Below are positions 26,067-35,786 of a DNA stretch of 50,245 bases, in pieces. The stretch is from the IMG/VR virus record IMGVR_UViG_3300010226_000008, positions 1 through 50,245 of that record; one strand, given 5' to 3'. The notes beneath the pieces were generated by a model. That model did not search any database and was not told the origin of the DNA. It saw only the letters and a program-made list of their open reading frames with translations. Numbering within the stretch: position 1 is the stretch's first letter; every line of letters begins with the position of its first letter. This DNA comes from a virus (taxonomy: Duplodnaviria > Caudoviricetes). Made by a program: the position numbers and the translations under genes.

Positions 26067-27601
26067 CACAAGCCGGCATCTTCCAACGACAGGCCGCCGC
26101 CGAACTGTTGCGCAGGCGCCGCGCCCGTGTCGACCCGATCCATTACGCCGAATACATCGATGTACCAGGGCGCCCTGTCGAAGAGGAGGCGGAGGAAGGC
26201 GAGGTCGTCATTGACGCGCCCGAAACGCTGCTCGCGGCGCATCACAAAATGATTTTGCGCGAGGTCGAAGAGTGCTTCCTGAAGGACACGGGGCGCTTGA
26301 TGATCTTCATGCCCCCCGGATCGGCGAAGTCGACGTATGGGTCGGTCGTCGCGCCGTCGTACCTCATGGGCAAGTACCCCCGCACGAGGATTGGTTTGTT
26401 CAGTTACGCCGACCCGCTTGCAGTCAAGATGGCTCGACGCACACGCAGCATCGTTATGCAGAAGCGTTATCAGAAGACTTTCGCGTTCAAAGTCGACGGG
26501 GTAGAGCAAGACTGCGCGCTTTCCACCGAGACGACCGCCGTTCAGAACTTCAAACTGACGAACGGTTCGGAGTACATGGCAACCGGCATCCTGGGCGGCG
26601 CGACGGGTAACCGTATGGAGATGATTTGCATTGACGACCCGGTCAAGGGCCGCGAGCAAGCCGACTCCGAAACGATCCGCGATAAGACGTGGGACAGCTA
26701 TCAAGAGAACCTGTTGACACGTCTCGTTCCGGGCGGATCGTTAACGATAATACAGACCAGATGGCACGAAGACGACCTTTCGGGCCGCATCCTGCCGGAA
26801 GACTGGAACGGCGAGTCAGGGGACATCATGTGCCGCGACGGCAATGTGTGGCGCGTGTTGTGCCTCCAGGCTGAATGCGATACCGATAGTGATCCCCTGG
26901 GCCGCGCGCCGGGTGAGATGCTTTGGAAGGAGTGGTTCACCGAAAAGCACTGGGCGCAGTTCCGGGGCGAGGCGCGCACCTGGGGCGCACTCTTCCAGCA
27001 GATACCGAAGCCGAAAGACGGCCTGATGTTCAAGCCGGACAAGATCGAGATTGTCGACACGTTGCCGGCCGGGCGCATCACCTGGGTGCGAGGCTGGGAC
27101 TTGGCTGCGACGGAAGGCGGCGGCGCGTACACGGTGGGCGGCCTGCTCGGCATCCATCAACCGACGCAACGCCCCATCATTGCCGACATTGCGCGGTTCC
27201 AGAAGGCGCCGGGCTCGCGGGACGACTCGATACGCAACGTCGCGGTGATGGACGGCCGCACGGTCAAACAGGACATCCCGGACGATCCAGGCGCGGGCGG
27301 AACGGCGCAGACGGAATACCTCGTCAAGAAGCTGAAGGGGTGCCCCGTCGTGTTTGGCCCTGAGTCGGGCGACAAGGAAACGCGCGCTATCCCTCTCGCG
27401 TCGGAAGTCAACATCGGTAACGTGATGATGCTGCGCGGCGACTGGAACCGGCCGCTGCTGGAAGAGATGCGCGCGTTTCCGAACGGGACGTACAAAGACC
27501 AAGTCGACGCCCTGTCGCGGGCCTATTCTCGCCTCGTTCCCCTTCCCGGTAGAATGCAGATCAATAAATCCCTTCTTAACAAAGTCAAGGCGCGATCATG
27601 A
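26063..27601 (+). CDS. terL: Terminase large subunit
   Basis: MPPGSAKST, ICIDDP, IQTRWHEDDL, WDLA, FPNG..KDQVDA. Confidence 0.95.
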   Translation: MTQAGIFQRQAAAELLRRRRARVDPIHYAEYIDVPGRPVEEEAEEGEVVIDAPETLLAAHHKMILREVEECFLKDTGRLMIFMPPGSAKSTYGSVVAPSYLMGKYPRTRIGLFSYADPLAVKMARRTRSIVMQKRYQKTFAFKVDGVEQDCALSTETTAVQNFKLTNGSEYMATGILGGATGNRMEMICIDDPVKGREQADSETIRDKTWDSYQENLLTRLVPGGSLTIIQTRWHEDDLSGRILPEDWNGESGDIMCRDGNVWRVLCLQAECDTDSDPLGRAPGEMLWKEWFTEKHWAQFRGEARTWGALFQQIPKPKDGLMFKPDKIEIVDTLPAGRITWVRGWDLAATEGGGAYTVGGLLGIHQPTQRPIIADIARFQKAPGSRDDSIRNVAVMDGRTVKQDIPDDPGAGGTAQTEYLVKKLKGCPVVFGPESGDKETRAIPLASEVNIGNVMMLRGDWNRPLLEEMRAFPNGTYKDQVDALSRAYSRLVPLPGRMQINKSLLNKVKARS

Positions 27602-27798
27602 TCATCTACGCATTCACCGAAACGACCGACTACAAGAACTATCCGGCATTCATCAACGTCAGCGAAACGCGCTTCGTGCCGGGGAAGGTGCTCGTCACCG
27701 TGCGCAACCGCGAGTTCACGAGCCCCAGCGTCATCGGCCTGGACCGCGAACAACTGCAGGCGCTGGCCGATGCGCTCAACGATTACCTGAAGGGCTGA
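27598..27798 (+). CDS. Hypothetical protein
   Basis: ATGA-coupled, between terL and portal. Confidence 0.6.
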   Translation: MIIYAFTETTDYKNYPAFINVSETRFVPGKVLVTVRNREFTSPSVIGLDREQLQALADALNDYLKG

Positions 27799-27801
27799 AC
27801 G

Positions 27802-29223
27802 ATGAAACTGTCGATTGGTAGTCGCCTGCTCGCCTGGGCGCGCGGGCTGAAAGAGTCGGACGTCGGGCCGGCGCAACCCGCGTTCGTTCCACCTTCGATG
27901 CTACCGGGCGTAGTGCCCGATGGCGTCAAGATGGCGATGGACAACGACATGGCCGACGTCTACACGTACGCGTCGCAGATGTACGGCGCGTCCCGCCAGC
28001 AGTTCCCCGGCTATCCCGTGCTCGCTCAACTGACGCAGATCGCCGAATATCGCATGCTGTCCGAGAAGACCGCGCAGGCCATGACGCGTAAATGGATCAA
28101 GCTGCATTCGAAGGGTGACGCGGACAAGAGCGAACGTATCAGCCAAATCGAAGACGCGCTCACGAAGTTCAAGGTGCGCGAACTGTTCACCGAAGCGGCG
28201 ATCCATGACGGTTTCTTCGGCCGCGCGCAACTGTTCGTCGACCTGAGCGAGCAGGAAGGGCCGGGCCTGGAGATCGCGCTGTTCGAAGATGCGTCGATCG
28301 TGCGGGGCAAGCTGCGCAAGTTCAAGTTGGTTGAAGCGATGTTCACCTATCCGAATTCGTACAGCGCGTCCAACCCGTTGCGCGACGATTATTTCAATCC
28401 GTCGTCGTGGTTCGTGATGGGGCAGAAGGTCCACGCGTCGCGCCTGCTGACGTTCGTCGGCCGCCCGCTGCCGGACATCCTGAAACCGGCGTACAACTTC
28501 GGCGGCATGAGCATGTCGCAACTGGCGATGCCGTACGTCATGAACTGGCAGAAGACGCGCGACAGCGTCAACCGCCTGATCTCCAACTACTCGACTTCGG
28601 GCATCAAAACGAATTTGACTGACGTTCTGGCGGCCGGAAGCGGCGAAGACTTGATGATGCGCGCACAGTTGTACGCGGACATGCGCGACAACCAAGGTCT
28701 GATGATCATGGACAACGACACGGAAGACTACTTCCAGTACAACACGCCGTTGTCCACTCTCGACCAACTCCAGGCGCAGGCCCAAGAGCACATGGCATCT
28801 GTCGCGTCGATGCCCCTGCCGATTCTGTTGGGCATCACCCCGTCCGGCCTGAACGCTAGCGCCGACGGTGATATCGAGATTTTCTATGACCATGTGCGCG
28901 ACATGCAAGAGCGCCTGTTCCGCGACAATCTCACGAAGGTGATCAAGTTGATCCAACTGTCCGAGTTCGGCGACGTTGACGAAGACATCGTGTTCGACTT
29001 CGTATCCCTGTGGCAGCAGACCGAAGCGGAACTCGCGGCGAACCGCAAGAGCGATGCGGAAGCGGCGGCGATCTATGTCGAGATGGGCGCAATCATGCCC
29101 GAAGAGGTCCGTCAACGGCTGGCCGACGACGAGTACAGCGGGTTCAACGGCCTGGACATGGGCGTCAAGATCGAACCGTCCGCTGACGAGGAACCCGACC
29201 CGCTGCCCGAGGATGACAAATGA
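27802..29223 (+). CDS. Portal protein (DUF1073-like)
   Basis: FPGYPVLAQL, MTRKWI, VHASRL, LLGITPSGLNAS motifs; follows terL. Confidence 0.9.
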   Translation: MKLSIGSRLLAWARGLKESDVGPAQPAFVPPSMLPGVVPDGVKMAMDNDMADVYTYASQMYGASRQQFPGYPVLAQLTQIAEYRMLSEKTAQAMTRKWIKLHSKGDADKSERISQIEDALTKFKVRELFTEAAIHDGFFGRAQLFVDLSEQEGPGLEIALFEDASIVRGKLRKFKLVEAMFTYPNSYSASNPLRDDYFNPSSWFVMGQKVHASRLLTFVGRPLPDILKPAYNFGGMSMSQLAMPYVMNWQKTRDSVNRLISNYSTSGIKTNLTDVLAAGSGEDLMMRAQLYADMRDNQGLMIMDNDTEDYFQYNTPLSTLDQLQAQAQEHMASVASMPLPILLGITPSGLNASADGDIEIFYDHVRDMQERLFRDNLTKVIKLIQLSEFGDVDEDIVFDFVSLWQQTEAELAANRKSDAEAAAIYVEMGAIMPEEVRQRLADDEYSGFNGLDMGVKIEPSADEEPDPLPEDDK

Positions 29224-30020
29224 CCGAATTGCGCGCACCTGGGAAGGCCGTCACGCTCAAGCCGGTGCGGCCGAATGTCGGCGTCGAGATCGCATATCAG
29301 CGGACCTTGACGACGCTAATCGACGATATGAACAAATCGGTTTTGTACTGGGTCAGCGCCGCGTATCGAGCCAACCCTCCCGCGATGGCGATGGACGCGA
29401 CACCGTCCGAAGAACTGCGGAAGGTCATGCGCAAGTTGGCGCGGCGCTGGGTCAGGGTGTTCGATGAGGCATCGGCGAAGATTGCGGAAGCTTTCGCCAC
29501 GCAGGCGCAGGCGCAGGTCGAACGCACCATGGCGAAGGTTCTGAAAGACGCGGGGTTCTCCGTACCGTTCAAGCCAACCCCCGTGATGAAAGACGCGTTC
29601 GACTCCGTGCTCGTTGAGAACGTTGCGTTGATCAAATCGATCCCGTCGCAGCAGTTCACCGCGATCGAGGGCGCCGTCATGCGTAGCGTGCAGGCCGGGC
29701 GCGACCTCAAGACGTTGCGGGAAGAATTGCTCGCCCTGGGCGCGAAGTCCAAGAATCGCGCGGCGTTGATCGCTCGGGACCAGAACAACAAAGCGACGGC
29801 TGTCGTCACGAAGGCGCGGCGCTTGTCGCTGGGGCTGACCAAGGCGAAATGGCGTCACAGTCGCGGCGGCGTTCACCCGCGAAAATCTCATGTAGAGGCG
29901 GACGGAACGATATATGATGTCAACGTTGGATGCCTGATCGACGGCGAGTACATCATGCCCGGCGAGAAGATCAATTGCCGCTGTACGTCATCGGTCGTCA
30001 TCCCTGGAATCGACGACTAA
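29220..30020 (+). CDS. Minor head protein (SPP1 gp7 / Mu F-like)
   Basis: ENVALIKSIP, RAALIARDQ, PRKSH, PGEKINCRC. Confidence 0.9.
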   Translation: MTELRAPGKAVTLKPVRPNVGVEIAYQRTLTTLIDDMNKSVLYWVSAAYRANPPAMAMDATPSEELRKVMRKLARRWVRVFDEASAKIAEAFATQAQAQVERTMAKVLKDAGFSVPFKPTPVMKDAFDSVLVENVALIKSIPSQQFTAIEGAVMRSVQAGRDLKTLREELLALGAKSKNRAALIARDQNNKATAVVTKARRLSLGLTKAKWRHSRGGVHPRKSHVEADGTIYDVNVGCLIDGEYIMPGEKINCRCTSSVVIPGIDD

Positions 30021-30036
30021 CCACATGGAGAAGAAA

Positions 30037-30129
30037 ATGGCACTCATGATCATTGGCTATCTGTTGTTCGCTGTCGCCCTGGGCGCGCTCGGCGGCATCG
30101 TGTCCGAACATCTCAAGGTTGAGAAATGA
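30037..30129 (+). CDS. Small membrane peptide (30 aa)
   Basis: GGAG RBS; MALMIIGYLLFAVALGALGGIV. Confidence 0.45.
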   Translation: MALMIIGYLLFAVALGALGGIVSEHLKVEK

Positions 30130-30143
30130 TGTAGAATTCCGGC

Positions 30144-30192
30144 GCGGCTAGAGGGATACCTCGAAACGTCGGACTGACCCCCGGCCTGCCGC
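30144..30192 (+). ncRNA. Structured RNA (three-way junction, C4-antisense-like) upstream of HNH-1
   Basis: P1 GCGGC/GCCGC, P2 GAGG-GAUA-CCUC, P3 GUCGG-ACUGACCC-CCGGC, then a U-run; homologous fold at 41635. Confidence 0.6.
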
Positions 30193-30225
30193 ATTTTTAA
30201 TGGGTCGCCTCTAGTCAAGGCAAAA

Positions 30226-30867
30226 ATGAAACGATGCTACAAATGCGGGGATACGAAGCCCGCGTCGATGTTCAGCATAGATAAATCCCGTTCCGATGGG
30301 CTGCAACCTCGCTGCAAAGCCTGCTACTCCGAGTACAAACGGTCTCGGGGCAAACCTAAAAAGTCACCCCAGACAGAAGAAGAAAAGAAGGCTAAACTTC
30401 GTGAATGGCGTGCCAAAAACCGCGAGATTCTGACCAAGCAAGCTGCCGCGTGGCGAGCAAATAATCCTGAAAAAGTCGCGGAATCGATAGCTAAATATTT
30501 AAAATCGAACGGCGACCGCGTGAAGTCAATGCGGAAAGCGTGGACCATTGAAAACGAGGGGCGCGTCCGTGAAACCAATCGAGCACATAGGTTGGCGAAT
30601 TCGGGGCGATACGCCGAACACGTGCAGCGCAGGAACGCAACCAAACGTAAAGCCACGCCGGCTTGGGCCAACGTGGGTGCGATACGAGCCATGTACGATG
30701 CTGCGGCTAAAATCACGAGCGCCACGGGGGAACCGCACGAGGTTGATCATATCGTCCCGCTTCGGGGCAAAACCGTGTGTGGCTTACACTGTGAGTTCAA
30801 CTTGCAAATTTTGCCGGCGTCAAAGAACGCCTCAAAGGGAAATCGGCACTGGCCCGACATGCCTTGA
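30226..30867 (+). CDS. HNH endonuclease 1 (probable homing/mobile)
   Basis: N-terminal CxxC...CxxC; ATPAW...HEVDHIVPL...CGLH...NLQIL...N..KGN. Confidence 0.9.
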   Translation: MKRCYKCGDTKPASMFSIDKSRSDGLQPRCKACYSEYKRSRGKPKKSPQTEEEKKAKLREWRAKNREILTKQAAAWRANNPEKVAESIAKYLKSNGDRVKSMRKAWTIENEGRVRETNRAHRLANSGRYAEHVQRRNATKRKATPAWANVGAIRAMYDAAAKITSATGEPHEVDHIVPLRGKTVCGLHCEFNLQILPASKNASKGNRHWPDMP

Positions 30868-30894
30868 CGTTGGACACTGTGATACTCTACGCGT

Positions 30895-32154
30895 ATGGAA
30901 AATATCGAAAAACTGGCATTTGATCGCGCAACGATTCGTCGTGTTGATCAGGACGGTCGCCTTCATGTCGAGATGTGTAACATTTCGAAGGCGACCGTCA
31001 ACCCCTATCGGGGTAGCGAAATTCCAATGGCCGCCGAGTTGGGATTGGACGCAGACACCGTGTATCAAATCCTGCGCGACCCCGAGGAACTGAAGAAATC
31101 GGCATCGACGTTTAACAACATCCCGTTACTTGACCGCCACGTGCCGGTGACGGTGGAATCCCCGCAAAAACAATTCGTTGTCGGCAGCACCGGCACGGAT
31201 GCGCGGTTTGAAGACCCGTTCTTGCGTAATTCCCTGGTCGTGTGGGACGCTACCGCGATCGCGGGGATCAATACTAAGCAACAGCGCGAATTGTCGTGTG
31301 CATACCGATATCGCGCCGTTCTGGAATCTGGAACATTCGAGGGTATGAGGTACGATCTTCGAATGGTGGATATCAGGGGCAACCACGTTGCTCTTGTTGA
31401 AGTAGGTCGCGCCGGCCCCGATGTCGTGGTCGGTGATTCTAAACTTTCGGAGAAACCGAGAATGAAACGAAAACTGTCGACGAACGCCCGCGTCGCCGTT
31501 GCAGCCCTCACGGGTGCGCTGCGGCCGGTGTTGGCTCAAGACGCGCAAATCGGGGACTTGGCCGCCATCGTCGGCAGCGTCAAATCCCTGAAGTCCGCGA
31601 AAGTTCAACAATCCATCGTGGCCGCCGTCACCAAGGAATACGGTGACAAGCTGGCCGAAGACGCCACGCTCGATCACGTCGCCCCGCTGCTGCTGCAACT
31701 GGCGCAGGACGAGGAAGACGATGCGCCGCCGAAGAAAGACCCGGTCGCCGCTGCCGAGGACGAAGACGACGAGGACGATGACGACGAGAAGAAAAAGCCC
31801 GTCGCCATGGATGCTGCGATCAACGCAGCCGTCGTCGATGCCGAGAAACGCACCGTCGCGCGCATGCAGGCGATCCACCAAGCCGAACGCGACGTCGAGC
31901 CCTTCGTCGGCCGTCTCGCGATCGCGCAGGACAGCGCCGAAGCCGTGTACAAGGTCGCCCTGGACGCCGCGAAAGTGGACCTGACGGACGTTCACCCGTC
32001 CGCCTACAAGGCCATGGTACGCATGCTGCCGAAACCGGGCAGCGAAGCCGCGCCGGTCCAAACCCGTACGAGCATCGCGCAAGACGCCGCCCTGGGCGCC
32101 GCGTCCTTCGACGCGCTGTTCCCCGAAGCATCGAAAATGAAAGGTGGTGTGTGA
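30895..32154 (+). CDS. DUF2213 head maturation protease/scaffold
   Basis: DGRLHV..CNISKA.VNPYRG.EIP, ELSCAYRY, GNHVALVEVGRAG; acidic scaffold-like C-terminus. Confidence 0.9.
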   Translation: MENIEKLAFDRATIRRVDQDGRLHVEMCNISKATVNPYRGSEIPMAAELGLDADTVYQILRDPEELKKSASTFNNIPLLDRHVPVTVESPQKQFVVGSTGTDARFEDPFLRNSLVVWDATAIAGINTKQQRELSCAYRYRAVLESGTFEGMRYDLRMVDIRGNHVALVEVGRAGPDVVVGDSKLSEKPRMKRKLSTNARVAVAALTGALRPVLAQDAQIGDLAAIVGSVKSLKSAKVQQSIVAAVTKEYGDKLAEDATLDHVAPLLLQLAQDEEDDAPPKKDPVAAAEDEDDEDDDDEKKKPVAMDAAINAAVVDAEKRTVARMQAIHQAERDVEPFVGRLAIAQDSAEAVYKVALDAAKVDLTDVHPSAYKAMVRMLPKPGSEAAPVQTRTSIAQDAALGAASFDALFPEASKMKGGV

Positions 32155-32879
32155 TGCCGTTCCAACGTCAAGTCAACATCCAGCCCGCGCCGGGCATCGA
32201 AGGCGCCATCGCCAGCGGCAACCCGCCAGCAACGTACGTGACGGGTCCGGGTGGCCTGATCAGCGGCGCGAACGGCGTCATCGTCGGCCGCTTCGGCTAC
32301 GCGTCGTATCAAGCCGATGGTTCCGAGCGCGTCGACAACTCGTCATACCTCGTCGCCAATGGCGTCGATCGCGTGTCCGCCCTGGGCTTCATCGCCAACA
32401 TGCAGCAAGCGCTGAACACCGTCTACCTGTCCGAATCGGGCATGTCGATGCTCGCGTGGCAGTCGATGGAAATGTTCACCCGTGGCGATTTCTGGGCCAA
32501 GATGCTGTCGACCGCTACCCGTGGTCAAAAGGTCTTCGCGTCCCTGATCGATGGCAGCATGCAGGCCGCCGCACCGGGCGCAACCGTCGCCGCGTTCGTC
32601 GGTACGGCATCGTTCGCAACGAACGTCATGACCGTGACCGGCGTAACCTCGGGCACCGTCAAGGTAGGCCAACAGGTGATCGGCGCGGGCATCCCGGCGA
32701 ACACCTATGTCGCGAGCCCTGGCACCGGGGTAGGCGGCACAGGCACGTACAACCTGACCACGTCGCCGGGCACGATCAGCGCGCAGGCGACCACGACGGC
32801 CGAGTACGTCGAGACCAAGTTCCGCATCCTGTCGGCTGCGGCGTCCGGCGAGATCGCCAAAATCGGCTTCGGAGACTAA
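32154..32879 (+). CDS. Head decoration / minor capsid protein
   Basis: FQRQVN..PAPGIEG..AS.NP, GDFWA, ETKF; between protease and MCP. Confidence 0.8.
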   Translation: MPFQRQVNIQPAPGIEGAIASGNPPATYVTGPGGLISGANGVIVGRFGYASYQADGSERVDNSSYLVANGVDRVSALGFIANMQQALNTVYLSESGMSMLAWQSMEMFTRGDFWAKMLSTATRGQKVFASLIDGSMQAAAPGATVAAFVGTASFATNVMTVTGVTSGTVKVGQQVIGAGIPANTYVASPGTGVGGTGTYNLTTSPGTISAQATTTAEYVETKFRILSAAASGEIAKIGFGD

Positions 32880-32882
32880 CTC

Positions 32883-33953
32883 ATGAACCACGCAGAACTC
32901 AATAAACTGAGCCCGGCGCAACAACTGTCCGTCATCGCACAGGCGGCGCGCACGTACGGCATCCACTTCCACCAAGCCGGCCAAGTGCAGGGCTTCATTC
33001 CGTCGCATCTGGCGATGGACGCCGATCTGGCGATGGACGCCCTGCCGCAACTGATCACGACCACGTCGAGCGGCGTCCCGGCGTTCCTGACGAACTACGT
33101 CGACCCGAAGCTGATCGAAGTCCTGGTCACGAAGAACAAGGCCGCCGAGATTTTCGGCGAGAACCAGAAAGGCGACTGGACCACGCCGACCGCGTTTTTC
33201 CCGGTCGTGGAATCGGCCGGTGAGGTCTCGTCGTACGGCGACTACAGCACGAACGGCGAAGTCACCGCGAACACCAACTGGCCGCAACGCCAGTCGTACC
33301 ACTACCAGACCGTGACCCAATGGGGTGAGCGCGAACTGGACCAGATGGGCAAGGGTCGCATCGACTGGGCGTCGCGCCTGAACATCGCGTCGGCCATGAT
33401 CATGGGCAAGTTCCAGAACAAGACCTACTTCTACGGCGTCGCCGGCCTGCAGAATTACGGCCTGCTGAACGACCCGTCCCTGATTACCCCGATCAGCCCC
33501 GGCAGCAAGACGGCCGGCGGTTTCACCTGGGTGAACGCCACGGCGGACGAGGTCTATACCGACGTCAAGAACCTCGTCAAGCAACTCGTCGTCCAGTCGA
33601 ACGGGCTGATCGAGATGGACACGCCGATGAAGATGTGCCTGTCGCCGACCCGCATGACCGAACTGACGAAGACGAATCAGTACAACGTCAACGTGTTCGA
33701 TCAGGTGAAGAAGAACTTCCCGAACCTGACGTTCCAGTCGGCCCCGGAGTACTCGACCGGCTCGGGCGAACTGGTCCAACTGATCGTCGAGACCCTGGAA
33801 GGCCAAGAAACCGGCTACTGCGCGTTCACCGAGAAGATGCGCGCGCACGCTGTCGAGCGCAAGACCTCGTCCTTCCTGCAGAAGAAGTCGGGCGGCACCT
33901 GGGGCGCAATCATCCTGCAACCGTTCGCAATCGCCCAAATGCTGGGCGTGTAA
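32883..33953 (+). CDS. Major capsid protein (DUF2184-like)
   Basis: VPAFLTNYVDP, KGDW, FYGVAGLQNYGLLNDP, GTWGAII..P.AIAQMLGV. Confidence 0.93.
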   Translation: MNHAELNKLSPAQQLSVIAQAARTYGIHFHQAGQVQGFIPSHLAMDADLAMDALPQLITTTSSGVPAFLTNYVDPKLIEVLVTKNKAAEIFGENQKGDWTTPTAFFPVVESAGEVSSYGDYSTNGEVTANTNWPQRQSYHYQTVTQWGERELDQMGKGRIDWASRLNIASAMIMGKFQNKTYFYGVAGLQNYGLLNDPSLITPISPGSKTAGGFTWVNATADEVYTDVKNLVKQLVVQSNGLIEMDTPMKMCLSPTRMTELTKTNQYNVNVFDQVKKNFPNLTFQSAPEYSTGSGELVQLIVETLEGQETGYCAFTEKMRAHAVERKTSSFLQKKSGGTWGAIILQPFAIAQMLGV

Positions 33954-33961
33954 GCGACGAC

Positions 33962-33989
33962 CGCCCCGGCTTGCATAGCGGGGCGTTTT
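33962..33989 (+). terminator. Rho-independent terminator after MCP
   Basis: CGCCCCG-loop-CGGGGCG-TTTT. Confidence 0.7.
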
Positions 33990-34011
33990 CACCCTCCTAT
34001 AAGGAAAAATC

Positions 34012-34446
34012 ATGGCAACTGTTCTGATTGGCTGCAAACTCCCGCACGGTATCGTCCTGAAGGGCTCGGCCGGCCAAGACATCAAACTGAACGGCGTCAA
34101 CACTGCGCTGATTGCGACCCGCGAAGGCGGCTTCGGTATCACCCACGTGGAAGAAAACGAAGCAGCATATCTGTTCGCTGTGTACGAAGATTTCGCCCCG
34201 GTCAAGTCGCAAGCCATCTTCACGCACGAAACCGCGAAAGTGGCCGACCTGAAAGCCCTCGCCGCTGACCTGTCCAGCGTGCCGACCGGCTTCGAAGGCA
34301 TCGACCCGACTGCGCCGGCTGCTGGCCTGAAACCGGAAGCGAACGTCGACAAGCAATTGGAAGCGGCCGAGAAAGCCCCGCGCCCGACCAAAGCCCCGGC
34401 ATCGCCTGCTGACAAGGCCGCCGCAAACGAACTGGCGGGCCAGTAA
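34012..34446 (+). CDS. Hypothetical virion/assembly protein
   Basis: IGCKLPHGIVL...GFGITHV...TGFEGIDP; AAGGA RBS. Confidence 0.75.
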   Translation: MATVLIGCKLPHGIVLKGSAGQDIKLNGVNTALIATREGGFGITHVEENEAAYLFAVYEDFAPVKSQAIFTHETAKVADLKALAADLSSVPTGFEGIDPTAPAAGLKPEANVDKQLEAAEKAPRPTKAPASPADKAAANELAGQ

Positions 34447-34865
34447 TGAGCACGGGCGCCGTCGTCTTCGATCCGGTCGCATTCAAGGCCAGGTATCCCC
34501 AGTTCGCGAACGTCGACGCGACGTTGCTGCAGGCGTTCTTCGACGAAGCGGCGGCGCTCTACCTGAACAACAGCGCCCGGAGCATCGAGCGCGACCTGGG
34601 CGAACGCTCGATCCTGCTAAACATGATCGTTGCCCACCTGGGCACGCTGTCGGGCATCCTGACGCCTGCCGGGCAGGGTTCGACCGCAACGCAGGTCGGC
34701 CGCGTGTCCAGCGCGTCGGAGGGCAGCACGTCCGCATCGCTCGACATGGGCCAGCAATCCAAAGGCGCGGCGTTCTGGATGCAGACGCAATACGGTGCGG
34801 CGTATTGGCAGGCAACGGCCGGATACCGCACCATGCGCTATATTCTCCCCCGTCGTAGGTGCTGA
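34446..34865 (+). CDS. Head-tail adaptor (DUF4054-like)
   Basis: FKARYPQF, VAHL, VGRVSSASEGS, QTQYGAAYWQAT. Confidence 0.88.
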   Translation: MSTGAVVFDPVAFKARYPQFANVDATLLQAFFDEAAALYLNNSARSIERDLGERSILLNMIVAHLGTLSGILTPAGQGSTATQVGRVSSASEGSTSASLDMGQQSKGAAFWMQTQYGAAYWQATAGYRTMRYILPRRRC

Positions 34866-34866
34866 C

Positions 34867-35409
34867 GTGGCGGCCGGCCTGAGCGGAGGCGACAAGCTGC
34901 GCGCCAAACTGGCCGAGATCGCGAAACAGATCGAAGGCAAGCACGAACTGCGCGTCGGGTTCCTTGAGGGCTCGACGTATCCAGACGAAGCCGGAACGCC
35001 CGTTGCGACCGTCGCATGGTGGCTGAACTACGGCACCAAGACCGCCCCGCCCCGCCCGTTCTTTACGAACATGGTCAAGTCCAAGTCGGACAAATGGGGC
35101 GATGAACTGGCAATCATCCTTCAACAAAATGATTTTGACGTCGACGCCTCGTTGCGGATCATGGGCGAGCGGATCAGCGGGCAACTGCGCGACGCCATCA
35201 TCGAGCTAGACGCCCCGGCGTTGTCCCCCATCACCCTCATGCTGCGCAAGATGCGCCACGACGACCCGCATTTGATCGTCACGGGTTCGACGGTGGGCGA
35301 GGCTGCGCGCCGCGTGGCGGCCGGTGAAAGCACGTCCCCGGCGTCGACAAAGGTCGGCGTGTTCACCGGCCACATGCTCAACAGCATTGATTACGAGGTC
35401 AAACCGTGA
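34867..35409 (+). CDS. Neck / tail completion protein
   Basis: GTG start; LRVGFLEGSTYPD, YGT...PPRPFF, TGHMLNSI. Confidence 0.75.
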   Translation: MAAGLSGGDKLRAKLAEIAKQIEGKHELRVGFLEGSTYPDEAGTPVATVAWWLNYGTKTAPPRPFFTNMVKSKSDKWGDELAIILQQNDFDVDASLRIMGERISGQLRDAIIELDAPALSPITLMLRKMRHDDPHLIVTGSTVGEAARRVAAGESTSPASTKVGVFTGHMLNSIDYEVKP

Positions 35410-35774
35410 ACCTGCACAATCTCGTCCGGGGCGTCGTTGGCGCAGTCAACCCGGATATCCCCGTGACTATCAAACCGAGCGCCGGCAGCGCGGAAGACGA
35501 CACGGGGCGTGTGATCCCCGCGTATGGCGCTGACGTCCAGACGTACGGCCAGAAACAACCCGTGACGGGCCGCGATATCGCCCGCTTCCAGCAGCAGAAT
35601 ATCCAGGGGGTGACGTGTAAAATGTACCTGAACGGCAACTATGAGGGGCTGTTCCGCGTGCTCGGAAAAGGTGGCGATTTGCTGCTGTTCGGCGGTCAAA
35701 CGTACCTTGTCGCGAGCGTCATGGAGCGTTGGCCCGATTGGTGCTGCGTCGCCCTTACCATGCAACTCGACTAA
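35406..35774 (+). CDS. Head closure / head-tail connector
   Basis: MNLH..V......VNP...GGDLL...ERWPDWC. Confidence 0.75.
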   Translation: MNLHNLVRGVVGAVNPDIPVTIKPSAGSAEDDTGRVIPAYGADVQTYGQKQPVTGRDIARFQQQNIQGVTCKMYLNGNYEGLFRVLGKGGDLLLFGGQTYLVASVMERWPDWCCVALTMQLD

Positions 35775-35786
35775 TAGGATCAAATC

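Noticed and set aside
30144-30192. Structured elements as tRNAs or group I introns
   Set aside because: About 50 nt, no T-loop/anticodon cloverleaf or intron core, and the flanking genes are uninterrupted.
32343-34415. Long antisense ORFs (690 aa here; also 9819-11357, 27901-29238, 38955-40748, 13696-14898)
   Set aside because: Shadows of high-GC codon bias opposite well-supported genes; no recognisable motifs.
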